Source: Patescibacteria group bacterium
GTDB taxonomy: Bacteria > Patescibacteriota > Patescibacteriia > PEXW01
Assembly: GCA_041665345.1 (NCBI GenBank)
Contig: JBAYJA010000003.1
Coordinates: 39,202 to 103,201 of the forward strand
Length of the DNA: 64,000 nt
Direction: 5' to 3'
The notes below the pieces were generated by a model. That model saw only the letters and a list, made by a program, of their open reading frames with translations. It did no database searches and was not told where the DNA came from. Position numbers and translations under genes: made by a program. Shown here one piece after another: positions 37,373 through 47,306 of the stretch. Position 1 is the first letter of the stretch. Each line of letters begins with the position of its first letter.

Positions 37373-38503
37373 TTATTTGATGGTGTAACTGTCTCCGTAG
37401 GTTTTCCAGCTGAGGGGTGTGTTCAAGTCAAGATTGCCGGCGTTCAAGAACACTCGCTGCGCCGTGTCCACTCGGCTGGTGTCATCATGCGCGGCTTCGG
37501 TAAGCATGGCTGCTTTGCGGGCATCCAAAAATGCGTGGAGGTAGGTGGTTTCATTGCCACCCTGCGCGGGGCTCTTCGCTTTCTTCAAGGCCGTCGCGCG
37601 GATACCGCCGAAGCTCACGGAATCATTCCCCGGGCCGTGCATAACCATGGCATCGTAGTAGATGAACTGCCCCAAAGCGCGCAGGCCATCAGCTTTGGCT
37701 TGGTTCACTGCCGGGTTGAAGTACACCACGTCACGTTCGTGGTTCTGCGCTTCTTGGAATTTTGGATCAGCGGCTGCTGTCTTCCAGTCATTCACGTAGG
37801 CCGTACCCAGGCCGCTATGCGAACTGGAGCCATCAACCTGCTGTAAGGCAGGAATGTACTTCTGTAAAATATTGCCGGGCGCAATTTGTGCGTAGTACTG
37901 CACCATTTGTAACATGTCATGCGTGCCAGAGGTGAAGCCAATGATGCCACCGGTGTAGCCCCGGCTATCGCCAATATCTTCAATGTAGCCGTACTGCGCC
38001 TTCCAGTTCAGCGTCGAGTTCTCTGCGCTGGAAACCAGCTGCATGGTGATCTCTTTTTTGGCTGCGTCAAACAAGTCTGCAGTGGAAGTGGGTGCCGGCG
38101 CGCTATTCGTATTGACAGCGGTGTTCGTGTTCGCCGATGTATTCGTTGGCTTCGTCACGTTCGTATTTTTCTTCACCGGGGTTTTCTTCTTCACCGGCAC
38201 GGCCTTCTTCGTCGCCTGCTTCGCCGTCGTTGGTTGTGCGGCCGCGGTATTGGTTTGTACGTCCGCTGTAGCATTCACATTCATCATTTCGGGAACCACA
38301 AGCACGGCGGAATTGACCATTTCGCCTTCTACCATCCCGTCGACGTATGGTATCTCATACGCATTTACCAAAACCTCCTCATTCGTGGACACGGCCACGG
38401 TTGGGGCTTCTTCTTGCTGGGCCGCAATGGCGACCCCGATGGTGACTGCGAGCACGACTATGCTAAAGAGGAGCACCACTGAGAATGCGTGTCTTTTTGT
38501 CAT
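37373..38503 (-). CDS. csn: GH46 chitosanase with membrane anchor/signal and low-complexity linker
   Basis: KKEITMQLVSSAENSTLNWKAQYGYIEDIGDSRGYTGGIIGFTSGTHDML with the catalytic Glu/Asp; LGQFIYYDA, DTSRVDTAQRVFL as in Streptomyces-type GH46. Confidence 0.92.
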   Translation of the reverse strand: MTKRHAFSVVLLFSIVVLAVTIGVAIAAQQEEAPTVAVSTNEEVLVNAYEIPYVDGMVEGEMVNSAVLVVPEMMNVNATADVQTNTAAAQPTTAKQATKKAVPVKKKTPVKKNTNVTKPTNTSANTNTAVNTNSAPAPTSTADLFDAAKKEITMQLVSSAENSTLNWKAQYGYIEDIGDSRGYTGGIIGFTSGTHDMLQMVQYYAQIAPGNILQKYIPALQQVDGSSSHSGLGTAYVNDWKTAAADPKFQEAQNHERDVVYFNPAVNQAKADGLRALGQFIYYDAMVMHGPGNDSVSFGGIRATALKKAKSPAQGGNETTYLHAFLDARKAAMLTEAAHDDTSRVDTAQRVFLNAGNLDLNTPLSWKTYGDSYTIK

Positions 38504-38819
38504 AGAATACACAGTATAGCGCATTTTTGTCCTCCTGTCCAGATTAGCCCAACTTGCGTTGAGCTTTTCCGTTTGCAAAGTGCGTCCTTTCCCGTTACGA
38601 AGTGCGGCAAAAGTCGGCCATGGAAAGTGTGAAAAATGTCACTTTTTAACATATTTAACTCATACTGTCAAGGGATAAGTTTTAAATTGACAGCGGTTCA
38701 CAAAAATGATAAAAAGCATTACTAGCCGAAATACAGAAGCAGGCACCAACACTAAAATTCAGCCAAAAATCCCCCCTTACATTTTCGTGGGCACTTCTCT
38801 TTGGTAACGTTACAAGCCT

Positions 38820-41285
38820 ATGCAACGCATCTACAGTCGGGTATCTCTCTTTCGGAATCGCCGCGCTATTCAGCGCCGCGCCTTTTTGCAGAATCTGAAA
38901 AAAGGTCTCCATGTGTTGGTCATCACTGTGACCATCTCCAACCTGGGCATGCTCAGCTCCGTTATTCGTCCCCTGACAGCCAGCGCTGCCACACTTGACG
39001 GCACCATTAGCGTCCAGAAGCAGTTTGACACAAATGGTGATGGCGTGGTTGATATCAACGGCACTACCGCGGATCCAATTTTGAGCGGCTGGGATTTTAC
39101 GGTGGAGGACGCCCTTGCGGCAACGCAAACCCAAACCACCACCGACACCGGTTTCCTGACCTTCGATGTGTACAACGGAACCTACTCGCTGCAGGAGTCT
39201 GGCTACTCCACTGGTTTCCACTTCGCAGATGCACGCTGCACCAATGCGGCCGGCGCACCAGTGGGAACGGTTGATCCAGCGGCGTTCGCGGTAACCGGAA
39301 TTCCGGTGAACACAGATGCAATTAGCTGCATTTTTATTAATACAATAGATACGGCCTCCATTAACGGCCAAAAGTGGAATGACCTGAATGGGAATGGCCA
39401 GTGGGATGAAGTTGCTCCAGCGCAAATTGGCGGCTGGCAGGTTTTCTTAGATACCAACAGCAATGGCGTCCTCGATGCTGGTGAGCAGACTGCCTCCACG
39501 ACGAATGTGCATGGTCCAAACGAGTACAACGCTATAGATGATTATGGATGGTATCATTTTGAAGATCTGCCCTACGGCACGTACCGTGTGTGCGAAACTA
39601 CAGTTGCAGGTTGGAACCAAACTTTCCCCGGTACTGCGAACGGCTGCCACACAGTCTCTATTCTCGACCCGCAGCAAGGCGACACCTGCTCTCCAGCTGC
39701 ACCCGAAGACCCGTACAACCTGGTTTGCGACTTTGGCAACCAAGAGCAGGCTCGCATAACCGTGCTGAAGAATGTGGACATGAATGGCGACGGCGACGTA
39801 CTGGATGCTGAAGATGTTGTGGGTGCCACAAACTGGACGTGGGATCTGAACAACGGCAACCAAAATTTTGCTACGGGTGGCACGCAGTACGCGACACCTG
39901 GTACGACCGTGACGGTGAAGGAAGACCAGAAGTCTGGTTTCCACTTCACCAGCGTCAGTTGTGTGGATGGCCGGGGTACAGTGCAAGTTGCGCAGAACGA
40001 GGAAGTGAGCTTTGCCGTGGCAACTGGCGTCACGTACACCTGCACGTATACGAATACGAAGAATCTTTCCACAACTATCGACAAGCAAGGTCCCGCCACG
40101 GCCGCTGCAGGTGCCAATGCGACCTACACCATCAACTGGACGGTTACGGGCGCACCTGCGGCAACCAATGTGACCATTACCGATCCCCTGCCAGCCAACA
40201 CCAGCTTTGTCTCTGCAGACAACAGCGGCGCGCTGAGTGGCAGCACGGTTACCTGGAACCTGGGCACGCAAGCGCCTGGTACCAGCGGCACGGTGTCCGT
40301 CACGGTGAAAGTGAACAGCCCCCTGGCCAATGGCACAGTACTGACGAACGTTGCGACCTTGGATACAGATCAAACTGAACCAGTGTCAGACACTGTCACG
40401 ACCACGGTTACTTCCGCACCAAGCTTGTCTATTACCAAAACGCACTCCGCTGCCAGTTTTGTGAATCCTGGTGCAGCGGTCACGTATACCGTTGTGGTTA
40501 CGAACGCAGCGAGCGCGACGGATAGCGCCAATGCAGTTGTGCTGACGGACGTCTTGCCCAGTGGTTTCACCTACACCACGGGTGGTACCACCAAGACCTT
40601 TGCCCTGGGGAACATTGCGCCTGGTGCGTCTGTGACCACGACCTACACAGTGACGGTAAGCGCCAGCCAGAAGGCGGGCAGCTTTACCAACACGGCGACG
40701 GCCAAAGGCAGTAACACCAGCACGGTGACCGCAACCTCTGCCGTTGAAGTCCGCGTGCCAGCAGTCTTGGGTGAGCAAACCCCATCGATTACCCCAACTC
40801 TCAAACCAACATTGACGCTGACCAAAACCGTGAGTGCGACCATGGCAAATCCTGGACAGGTGGTGACGTACACCATGGTGGTGAAGAACACGGGCACGCT
40901 CAAGGTTGCCAACGTGGTTATTACAGACACGCTCCCAACTGGCTTTACGTTCTTGGATGGTGGGAAAATCACCAAGACTTGGACCTTCGCCAGCATCGCT
41001 GCGGGAGCTAGCCAAACCGTAACCGCGTTGGTGAAAATTGGTTCGGGCGTGAAAGCTGGTACATACCCCAACACCGCGAAGGTGTCTGCCACAGCTGTAG
41101 ATCCTATTACTGCCACGGCAACCCTGCGCATCGCAGTGCCGCAAGTGAAGGGCGAACTGGCAGCGACAGGTGCCTCAGCATCTGACTACGGCATCTTTGG
41201 CCTGGGCATGCTCTTGCTCAGCTTTGGCTTTGTCGCCCTCCACGACTCCCGACGCAAAAACCCGGAAGTTGAGGAAGTCAAGTAA
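38820..41285 (+). CDS. Cell-surface protein with SdrD-B-like and three DUF11-like domains and an LPxTG-like (LAATG) sorting signal
   Basis: GQKWNDLNGNG..WQVFLDTN; repeats K..PG..VTYT.V.N...VV.TD.LP.GF; C-terminal LAATG, TM helix, RRK tail. Confidence 0.85.
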   Translation: MQRIYSRVSLFRNRRAIQRRAFLQNLKKGLHVLVITVTISNLGMLSSVIRPLTASAATLDGTISVQKQFDTNGDGVVDINGTTADPILSGWDFTVEDALAATQTQTTTDTGFLTFDVYNGTYSLQESGYSTGFHFADARCTNAAGAPVGTVDPAAFAVTGIPVNTDAISCIFINTIDTASINGQKWNDLNGNGQWDEVAPAQIGGWQVFLDTNSNGVLDAGEQTASTTNVHGPNEYNAIDDYGWYHFEDLPYGTYRVCETTVAGWNQTFPGTANGCHTVSILDPQQGDTCSPAAPEDPYNLVCDFGNQEQARITVLKNVDMNGDGDVLDAEDVVGATNWTWDLNNGNQNFATGGTQYATPGTTVTVKEDQKSGFHFTSVSCVDGRGTVQVAQNEEVSFAVATGVTYTCTYTNTKNLSTTIDKQGPATAAAGANATYTINWTVTGAPAATNVTITDPLPANTSFVSADNSGALSGSTVTWNLGTQAPGTSGTVSVTVKVNSPLANGTVLTNVATLDTDQTEPVSDTVTTTVTSAPSLSITKTHSAASFVNPGAAVTYTVVVTNAASATDSANAVVLTDVLPSGFTYTTGGTTKTFALGNIAPGASVTTTYTVTVSASQKAGSFTNTATAKGSNTSTVTATSAVEVRVPAVLGEQTPSITPTLKPTLTLTKTVSATMANPGQVVTYTMVVKNTGTLKVANVVITDTLPTGFTFLDGGKITKTWTFASIAAGASQTVTALVKIGSGVKAGTYPNTAKVSATAVDPITATATLRIAVPQVKGELAATGASASDYGIFGLGMLLLSFGFVALHDSRRKNPEVEEVK

Positions 41286-41326
41286 TTCTTTCCCTTTTCC
41301 ATCTCAGTTCGCCTAACCGTTACCGT

Positions 41327-43024
41327 ATGAAGAAAGTCCTCGCTGTGCTCTCCGTGCTCGCACTTACCATTGCCGTGCTCCCACTGCGCCCATCGGCAGC
41401 GGTGGCTGCGGGTGTGAACCTCGTACTCAACCCATCCTTTGAGACGGGAACCACCAGCCCAACCTCGTGGTCCAAGGTGAATGGCTCCTCACGGAATCGG
41501 GCGACCTTTACTTACCCCGCTACCCCAGCCTTTGACGGGGCGAAGGCAGCGCGGATTACCGTGACCACGTATAAATCCGGTGATATTGGCTGGGCGTCTG
41601 CCAACTTTCCTGTGACCGCAGGGCTGCAGTATGATCTGTCCGTTTCCTCCAAGTCCGGCGTTTCCAGCACAGTCTTGGCAGTCTACAAACGCGCCGGCGG
41701 TGTTTCATCCACGGTCTCCCTGGGAACCGTGTCCGGAACAAATGCCTGGAAGACATTCACCAAAGTCGTCACCATCCCCGCGGGTGTGACCTCCATGTCC
41801 TTGCGCCAAGTGCTTCGGCGCACAGGTACTTTGGATGTAGATGCGTACTCCTTCAGCCTGCACGTCACAACCCCAACAACCCCAAACTTGATTGCGAACG
41901 GCGATTTGGAAAGCCTAACGCCTGGCACGCCTTCTCAGCCGCTATCGTGGACGACGGGATACTGGGGTACGCTCACGCCAGTCTTCACGTATCCCGTGGC
42001 AGGGAAGACCGGCAACGGCGCAAAAGTGCAGGTGACCAGCTACACCTCCGGTGATGCCAAGTGGGTGTTCAACCCCGTGGCCACCTCCGGTGGGAAGACG
42101 TACACGATCGCCTTTGACTACGCTGCAAACGTGGCGACGAACGTGTCCATTGAGTTTCACATGACTGATGGTTCGTACACTTACGCCTGGTTGGGTGACC
42201 CTGCAGCCAGCGCTGCCTGGACGACCTTCAACAGCCAGTTCACCTCCCCGGCTGGTTCGGACTCCTTCACCGTTTTCCAATCCCTGGTGAGCGTGGGGAC
42301 GTTGACTATTGATAACTACGTTGCCATGGATATCACCTCTGGTGCGCTGAACTTTGCCAACGGGATGATCACCCTGGACTTCGACGACACAATTTTGGAT
42401 CACTACACGGTGGCTCGGCCAATTCTTAATGCCGCTGGTATCAAGGCTAGCTTCTTCGCTATTACAGATCCAAGTGTTGGCATTGGTTCAGATGGGTACA
42501 TGACCTGGACCCAGGTGCAGCAGCTCCAAGCTGACGGTCACGAAATTGGCGCACACACCCGTACGCATGCTGATCTGGCCTCGCTGACTTTGGCACAGGC
42601 GCAGGCAGAAATTGTCGGTTCCAAAGCAGACCTGGCAGCGCGCGGCATTACAGCAACGAGCTTTGTGTACCCTTATGGCGTGCACAATGCCGCCATTCGG
42701 CAGATGGTGCAAGACGCAGGCTTCACCAGCGCCCGGAGCGTGAGCGATGGGTACAACTTCCCGGGCTCCAACAAGTTTGCCTTGCTGGACAAGCACGTTG
42801 AGTCCACCACCACGCTGGCGGATGTGCAGGGCTGGATTAACCAAGCCAAAGCCAACAAGACCTGGCTGATGCTGGAATTGCACGAGCAGACCAACACCCC
42901 CGGGCCAGACACGGGTGTGTACTACAACACCCCAGCAATGCTGCAGAATATCGTCAACGCGATTACTGCCAGCGGGATTCAGGTAGTGACCCAAGCGCAA
43001 GGTCGAGCCTTGATGAATCCGTAA
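41327..43024 (+). CDS. Secreted protein: two CBM4/9-like domains + CE4 polysaccharide deacetylase
   Basis: Signal peptide; NLVLNPSFE and NLIANGDLE; LDFDD, EIGAHTRTH, FVYPYG. Confidence 0.88.
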   Translation: MKKVLAVLSVLALTIAVLPLRPSAAVAAGVNLVLNPSFETGTTSPTSWSKVNGSSRNRATFTYPATPAFDGAKAARITVTTYKSGDIGWASANFPVTAGLQYDLSVSSKSGVSSTVLAVYKRAGGVSSTVSLGTVSGTNAWKTFTKVVTIPAGVTSMSLRQVLRRTGTLDVDAYSFSLHVTTPTTPNLIANGDLESLTPGTPSQPLSWTTGYWGTLTPVFTYPVAGKTGNGAKVQVTSYTSGDAKWVFNPVATSGGKTYTIAFDYAANVATNVSIEFHMTDGSYTYAWLGDPAASAAWTTFNSQFTSPAGSDSFTVFQSLVSVGTLTIDNYVAMDITSGALNFANGMITLDFDDTILDHYTVARPILNAAGIKASFFAITDPSVGIGSDGYMTWTQVQQLQADGHEIGAHTRTHADLASLTLAQAQAEIVGSKADLAARGITATSFVYPYGVHNAAIRQMVQDAGFTSARSVSDGYNFPGSNKFALLDKHVESTTTLADVQGWINQAKANKTWLMLELHEQTNTPGPDTGVYYNTPAMLQNIVNAITASGIQVVTQAQGRALMNP

Positions 43025-43077
43025 TTGTTGCAACAATTTTCCCACGAACCCGGCCACATGGTCGGGTTTTTGGTACA

Positions 43078-43490
43078 TTACGAATTACGAAATAAAGATA
43101 CGAAAATACGTCCGGCGAAGCCGGATCCGGCTCCGCCGGAAATTATGAAAAGAAAGGAGTTACGCCCCGCGGTGTGAGGTCCCGCAGCTCGACCAGGGAT
43201 TATTGAACGGGAGGTAGAGGTGTGGAGGCTCGTTAGGTTGGAGGGTGGAGGTTTGGGATGGGGAGGGAGGGGTCTGTGAAAATTTGGCTTGATTTGAAGC
43301 AATCTAGATTTTTGTAGTACAGACTTTGGGCCAGTAAGGGTTACCCCTCCTAACCCCGGGGTGCTTCCGATGGGTCGCACCCGCCTGCTGGCCCCCTTGG
43401 AAAGGGGAGGACAGATACAAACAGACTTGGTCTGTAATGAACCGCAAACTCCTCCCCTCCTTTTGAAGGAGGGGGGAGGGGGAGGTAACC
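43078..43490. repeat. Intergenic mosaic of REP-like palindromes and short degenerate repeats
   Basis: TACGAA repeats, CCGGCGAAGCCGGATCCGGCTCCGCCGG, CCCCCTTGGAAAGGGG; the element at 43447-43486 is a near-exact inverted copy of 53851-53889. Confidence 0.7.
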
Positions 43491-43701
43491 CTGATGGGGA
43501 AGACTAAGGTGCAAAGAACCAGGAGCGCAAGAAGAACACGTTTGGCATACCCTTCCCTATCTTATTCGGGCTGAAGGTTTTCCTCTTGACGACTACACCC
43601 TACCGGCGTAAGGTGTTCTGAAACCCACACCCTGGCAGTGCCAGGGGTATAACATAAACAACTGCAGCGAGCAGTGCTCGAAAGGCAGTACGGAGGTAAC
43701 A

Positions 43702-44085
43702 GTGTTTAACAAATTTATCATCCTAAAACTCATTGGGGTTACTGCGGCACAATTGCATGGCCTGCATGATTATGCAAGTAGTGATGCCTCACGGTTATTT
43801 TCAAGTTTAAAGAATGAAATTCCCTTAAAGTGCGTATCTATTCTTTCGGCGAAGCTTGATGAGACCCATGGGACGTATACCATTGAGGTGCAGGTAATGA
43901 CTGTATTTCAGTATAGCGAGTACAATGATGCGGAGGGAATACGACACAGATGCCCATCGATGATCAAGGGGCAGACAAGAATTTTGGGTTCTTATTACAT
44001 TCAAGTCCCTTCCAGCATTCTTAACCACGTCTTGAACATTCTTGGTTTACTGGAAAACGAGTTGCAGGTAACCGAGACATATTAA
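43702..44085 (+). CDS. Hypothetical protein
   Basis: GGAGG then GTG; promoter TTGACG-17-TAAGGT at ~43586-43614; hairpin after the stop. Confidence 0.6.
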   Translation: MFNKFIILKLIGVTAAQLHGLHDYASSDASRLFSSLKNEIPLKCVSILSAKLDETHGTYTIEVQVMTVFQYSEYNDAEGIRHRCPSMIKGQTRILGSYYIQVPSSILNHVLNILGLLENELQVTETY

Positions 44086-44185
44086 ACTGAATTATGTTCT
44101 TTCAGCCCGCAGTATACGTACTGCGGACTTTTTTATTCCAGGGGTTGTTGCGTATCCGGTCAAAAGTTGGTATAGTACATGCACC

Positions 44186-44605
44186 ATGCCAAAGAAAGTG
44201 CAAACCAAAAATGTGGCGGTGGCGGAGGGAAATGCTGTCCCACAGAAAGACTGGCTGGAAGAGCGGTACGACGGCCAACTGGCAGTCGACGTTTTTCAAA
44301 CCCCAGACAGCATTGTCATTCAGTCCACGGTGGCTGGAGTGCGTTCGGAAGACCTGGATGTGGCGGTGAGTAATGACCTGGTGACCATCCGCGGCGTACG
44401 GCACAATGACCAGCAGGTAGATGACGAGCAGTACTTCACCCAGGAGTGCTACTGGGGCGGGTTTTCCCGGTCCATTGTGCTGCCGGTGGATGTGCTGAGC
44501 GAGAAAGCTGATGCCAGCATGAAGAATGGTGTCCTGACCATTACCATCCCCAAAGTCAAAACCGCCAAGACCCAGGTTTTGAAAGTGAAGAGTGAGGACG
44601 AGTAA
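44186..44605 (+). CDS. Hsp20/alpha-crystallin small heat-shock protein
   Basis: LAVDVFQT, AGV..EDLDV, ECYWGGFSRSIVLP, ASMKNGVLTITIPK. Confidence 0.95.
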   Translation: MPKKVQTKNVAVAEGNAVPQKDWLEERYDGQLAVDVFQTPDSIVIQSTVAGVRSEDLDVAVSNDLVTIRGVRHNDQQVDDEQYFTQECYWGGFSRSIVLPVDVLSEKADASMKNGVLTITIPKVKTAKTQVLKVKSEDE

Positions 44606-44691
44606 CGTCCCTTTTCGTCCGCACGCGCGGCAAGAGTCTGTGCGGTGGGCGTTTCCCACCGTTTTTTGTTAGCTCCAATCCCTTACTTTTT

Positions 44692-44910
44692 ATGCGTGGA
44701 GTGATTGAAAAAATTGACGGCGGCCTGGCTACCATCCACTGCGATGACGGCCAAGTGCTGCAGTGGCAAACCCGGCAGCTGCCCATTGGCAGCAGGGTGG
44801 CTTCGGTGGTGGACATCACCGTGACCGTCGTCAACGTGCCAGCGCATGATCACGCTGAGGTTTCTCGCAAAGCCCTGAACACGATTCTCCAAAGCCATCC
44901 ACCGGCATGA
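44692..44910 (+). CDS. Small DUF3006-like protein
   Basis: VIEKIDGGLA..DGQ.L.W...QLP..G; overlaps the next start (ATGA). Confidence 0.6.
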   Translation: MRGVIEKIDGGLATIHCDDGQVLQWQTRQLPIGSRVASVVDITVTVVNVPAHDHAEVSRKALNTILQSHPPA

Positions 44911-46736
44911 AGCGGAATTTCCTTCACCACGTGCGCAAGCAGGCCAAGAAAGTCCGTGGACCAGATGGCTGGTTTGCATTAGGGTTGCTGGTGCTCCTGG
45001 TTGCTGTCCTGGTGGCCGTGCCCAAACTCTATGCCAAGACCATTGTCCCTGGAGTGTGGATTGGGAATATGCCCGTGGGCGGGAAGACCGTGGCCGAAGC
45101 AACAGAGTTGCTGAATGTTCGGATGGATGTGCTGTACGACAAAGGCGTGAAAGTAACCATTGATGGGAAGACCACGAACCTGGCGACGCAGCAAGCGATT
45201 ACGGCCAGCGACGTGGCTCCCCCACTGGTGGATGTGAATGTGGAAGCCAGTGTGGACGGGGCGTTTGCCTATGGTCGAAACTTCGGCGTGGTACGCAGCA
45301 CGTTGCAGGCCTGGCGCGCCATGCTCTTCCGCAAACATGTTGACCCAGCCATGGAAGCAGATCCAACCTACATTGCTGATGCCTTGCACAAGCAGTACGG
45401 CGCGAAAGACAATCCAGCACAGGATGCACACCTGCAGTACGTTGGCGGTACGTTTCAAACCAAACCCGAGCAAGCCGGCAAAGCGTTGCAGTACGAGCCA
45501 GCAGCCATCGAAGTAGTTCGTGTCTGGAAAGCCTTGGCCGAGCCAGCGGTGACTCTGGTGGAAGGTGAAGATGTGGCGAAGGTGAAGGTTGCAGATGTGG
45601 AAAAGTTTTTTGATGATGCGCAAGAGATTGTTGACCGTGCGCCGGTAACCTTGCAGGTACCGGATGGTGAGGCGGTAACGTTGAACGCGGCAGCCGTGGC
45701 TGGGGGTCTGGACGTGATTCCTGGTACCAAGCGCGGGTCGTTCACATTGGCGTTTACCGAAGCGAAGTTACAGAAAACCCTAGACAGCATTCGGGCGAAG
45801 ACCGATGTGGAAGCCCAGGATGCGCGTTTCCAGATCAGCGGAGGAAAAGTTACTGAGTTTGCTGCCGGGAAAATTGGGAAGCAGCTTGATGACGCGGCAA
45901 CGGTGGCTGCGCTGAACACTCAGGTCATTGGGAAAGACGCAAGTGTTGCGGTTGCTGTAGTGACGACTGTCCAACCGCAGTCAGCGGCAGACAGCGCAGC
46001 GGAGCTGGGCATTACTGAGCTGGTGGCGACCGGGAAAACGAATTTCGCCGGCAGTCCTACCAATCGCCGGAAGAACATTGCCAACGCGGTGAGGTTACTG
46101 AATGGATTGCTGATTCAGTCCGGCGAGGAATTTTCATTGGTGAAAGCGCTGTCCCCCATCGAACTTAGCAACGGGTACTTCCCAGAGTTGGTCATTAAAG
46201 GTAATCGGACCATCCCAGAAGTTGGCGGCGGTCTCTGTCAGGTTGGTACCACCATGTTCCGTTTGATTCTCAATTCCGGCCTGCCCGTCTTGGAACGGCG
46301 GAACCACAGCTACCGGGTGAGCTACTACGAGCCGCCCGTGGGCATGGACGCTACCATTTACGATCCCAGTCCAGATTTCCGATTCACAAACGACTACGCC
46401 ACAGCCTTGCTCCTCCAAACTCGGGTGGTGAAAGACGATCTCATCTTTGACTTCTACGGTACCAAAGATGGCCGCGTGGCGCACTCCTCTACGCCCAAGC
46501 TTTTCAATGTCACCAAGCCACCAGCGGTGAAGTACATTAAGACCACAGACATGGCCGTGGGGCAGAAGAAGCGTCTGGAGCGGGCGCACAACGGCGGGTC
46601 AGCGGAGTTTACCTATACGGTGACCAAAGATGGGAAGACCACCACCAAAGTCTTCACCAGTAAGTACCGTGCCTGGCAGGAAGTCTGGTTGGTTGGCGCC
46701 ACTGCTGAGGAAGTTGCAGCTGAGCAAGCAGCGTGA
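44907..46736 (+). CDS. VanW-family protein with PG_binding_4-like domains
   Basis: N-terminal TM; GVWIGNMPVGGKT; NRRKNI, GGGLCQVGTT, ERRNHSYRVSYY, GMDATIY, DFRFTND. Confidence 0.92.
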   Translation: MKRNFLHHVRKQAKKVRGPDGWFALGLLVLLVAVLVAVPKLYAKTIVPGVWIGNMPVGGKTVAEATELLNVRMDVLYDKGVKVTIDGKTTNLATQQAITASDVAPPLVDVNVEASVDGAFAYGRNFGVVRSTLQAWRAMLFRKHVDPAMEADPTYIADALHKQYGAKDNPAQDAHLQYVGGTFQTKPEQAGKALQYEPAAIEVVRVWKALAEPAVTLVEGEDVAKVKVADVEKFFDDAQEIVDRAPVTLQVPDGEAVTLNAAAVAGGLDVIPGTKRGSFTLAFTEAKLQKTLDSIRAKTDVEAQDARFQISGGKVTEFAAGKIGKQLDDAATVAALNTQVIGKDASVAVAVVTTVQPQSAADSAAELGITELVATGKTNFAGSPTNRRKNIANAVRLLNGLLIQSGEEFSLVKALSPIELSNGYFPELVIKGNRTIPEVGGGLCQVGTTMFRLILNSGLPVLERRNHSYRVSYYEPPVGMDATIYDPSPDFRFTNDYATALLLQTRVVKDDLIFDFYGTKDGRVAHSSTPKLFNVTKPPAVKYIKTTDMAVGQKKRLERAHNGGSAEFTYTVTKDGKTTTKVFTSKYRAWQEVWLVGATAEEVAAEQAA

Positions 46737-47230
46737 GGAAGTCGTAAAGCTGTAAAGCCATAGAGCTGTAGAGGTCTTGAAGGCTCGTGCCATTCTGTAA
46801 TTGTGAAGTCTCGCCTTTGGCGGGGTGTGGCCGACGAGGCAGGTATTGTAGTACGGAGTCGTAACGCGGCAAACGTTTTATTTTTCTGTCATCCTGAATC
46901 ATATGAAGGATCTCCAGACTATGGATGAACCTCGGAGATTCTTCGTCAGACTCAGAATGACAAAGGGAGGGAAGGATTAAGGTTAGGTTTTCGATGGTGG
47001 ATGGAAGAGGGGGATGCGGGTCAGGCAAGGGTATGGATGCTCGTTATGGTATAGGGTATGGAAGAAGGGTGCTCTGCATTTTTTCACCAAACCCAAGACC
47101 TCCACCCTAACAAGCATCCACACCTCTATCCTTCAACCATGCTCGTCATACCCAAACCCCCGCTACATAAGCTTGTGTACGTAAAAAAGTAGGTAAGAAA
47201 AAACCAGGCGTCCGAAGCGTCTGGCTTTTT
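46737..47230. repeat. Intergenic mosaic including an RPE-like palindrome and 8-mer repeats
   Basis: TGTCATCCTGAAT..GGATCTCC..GGAGATTC..CTCAGAATGACA (46888-46961); GCTGTA(A/G)A 8-mers also present at 53700. Confidence 0.65.
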
Positions 47231-47306
47231 GGTAGGAACAATTTGGGGAAGGGAGGTTCGTCGTCGGGCACGATCCGTGTGCTCGGGAAGTAGGTTATCA
47301 CTGGTT

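Noticed and set aside
39840-39870. AAC-rich stretch as a DGR template repeat
   Set aside because: It encodes ordinary Asn/Gly residues inside the surface protein and has no extended similarity to 12262-12375.
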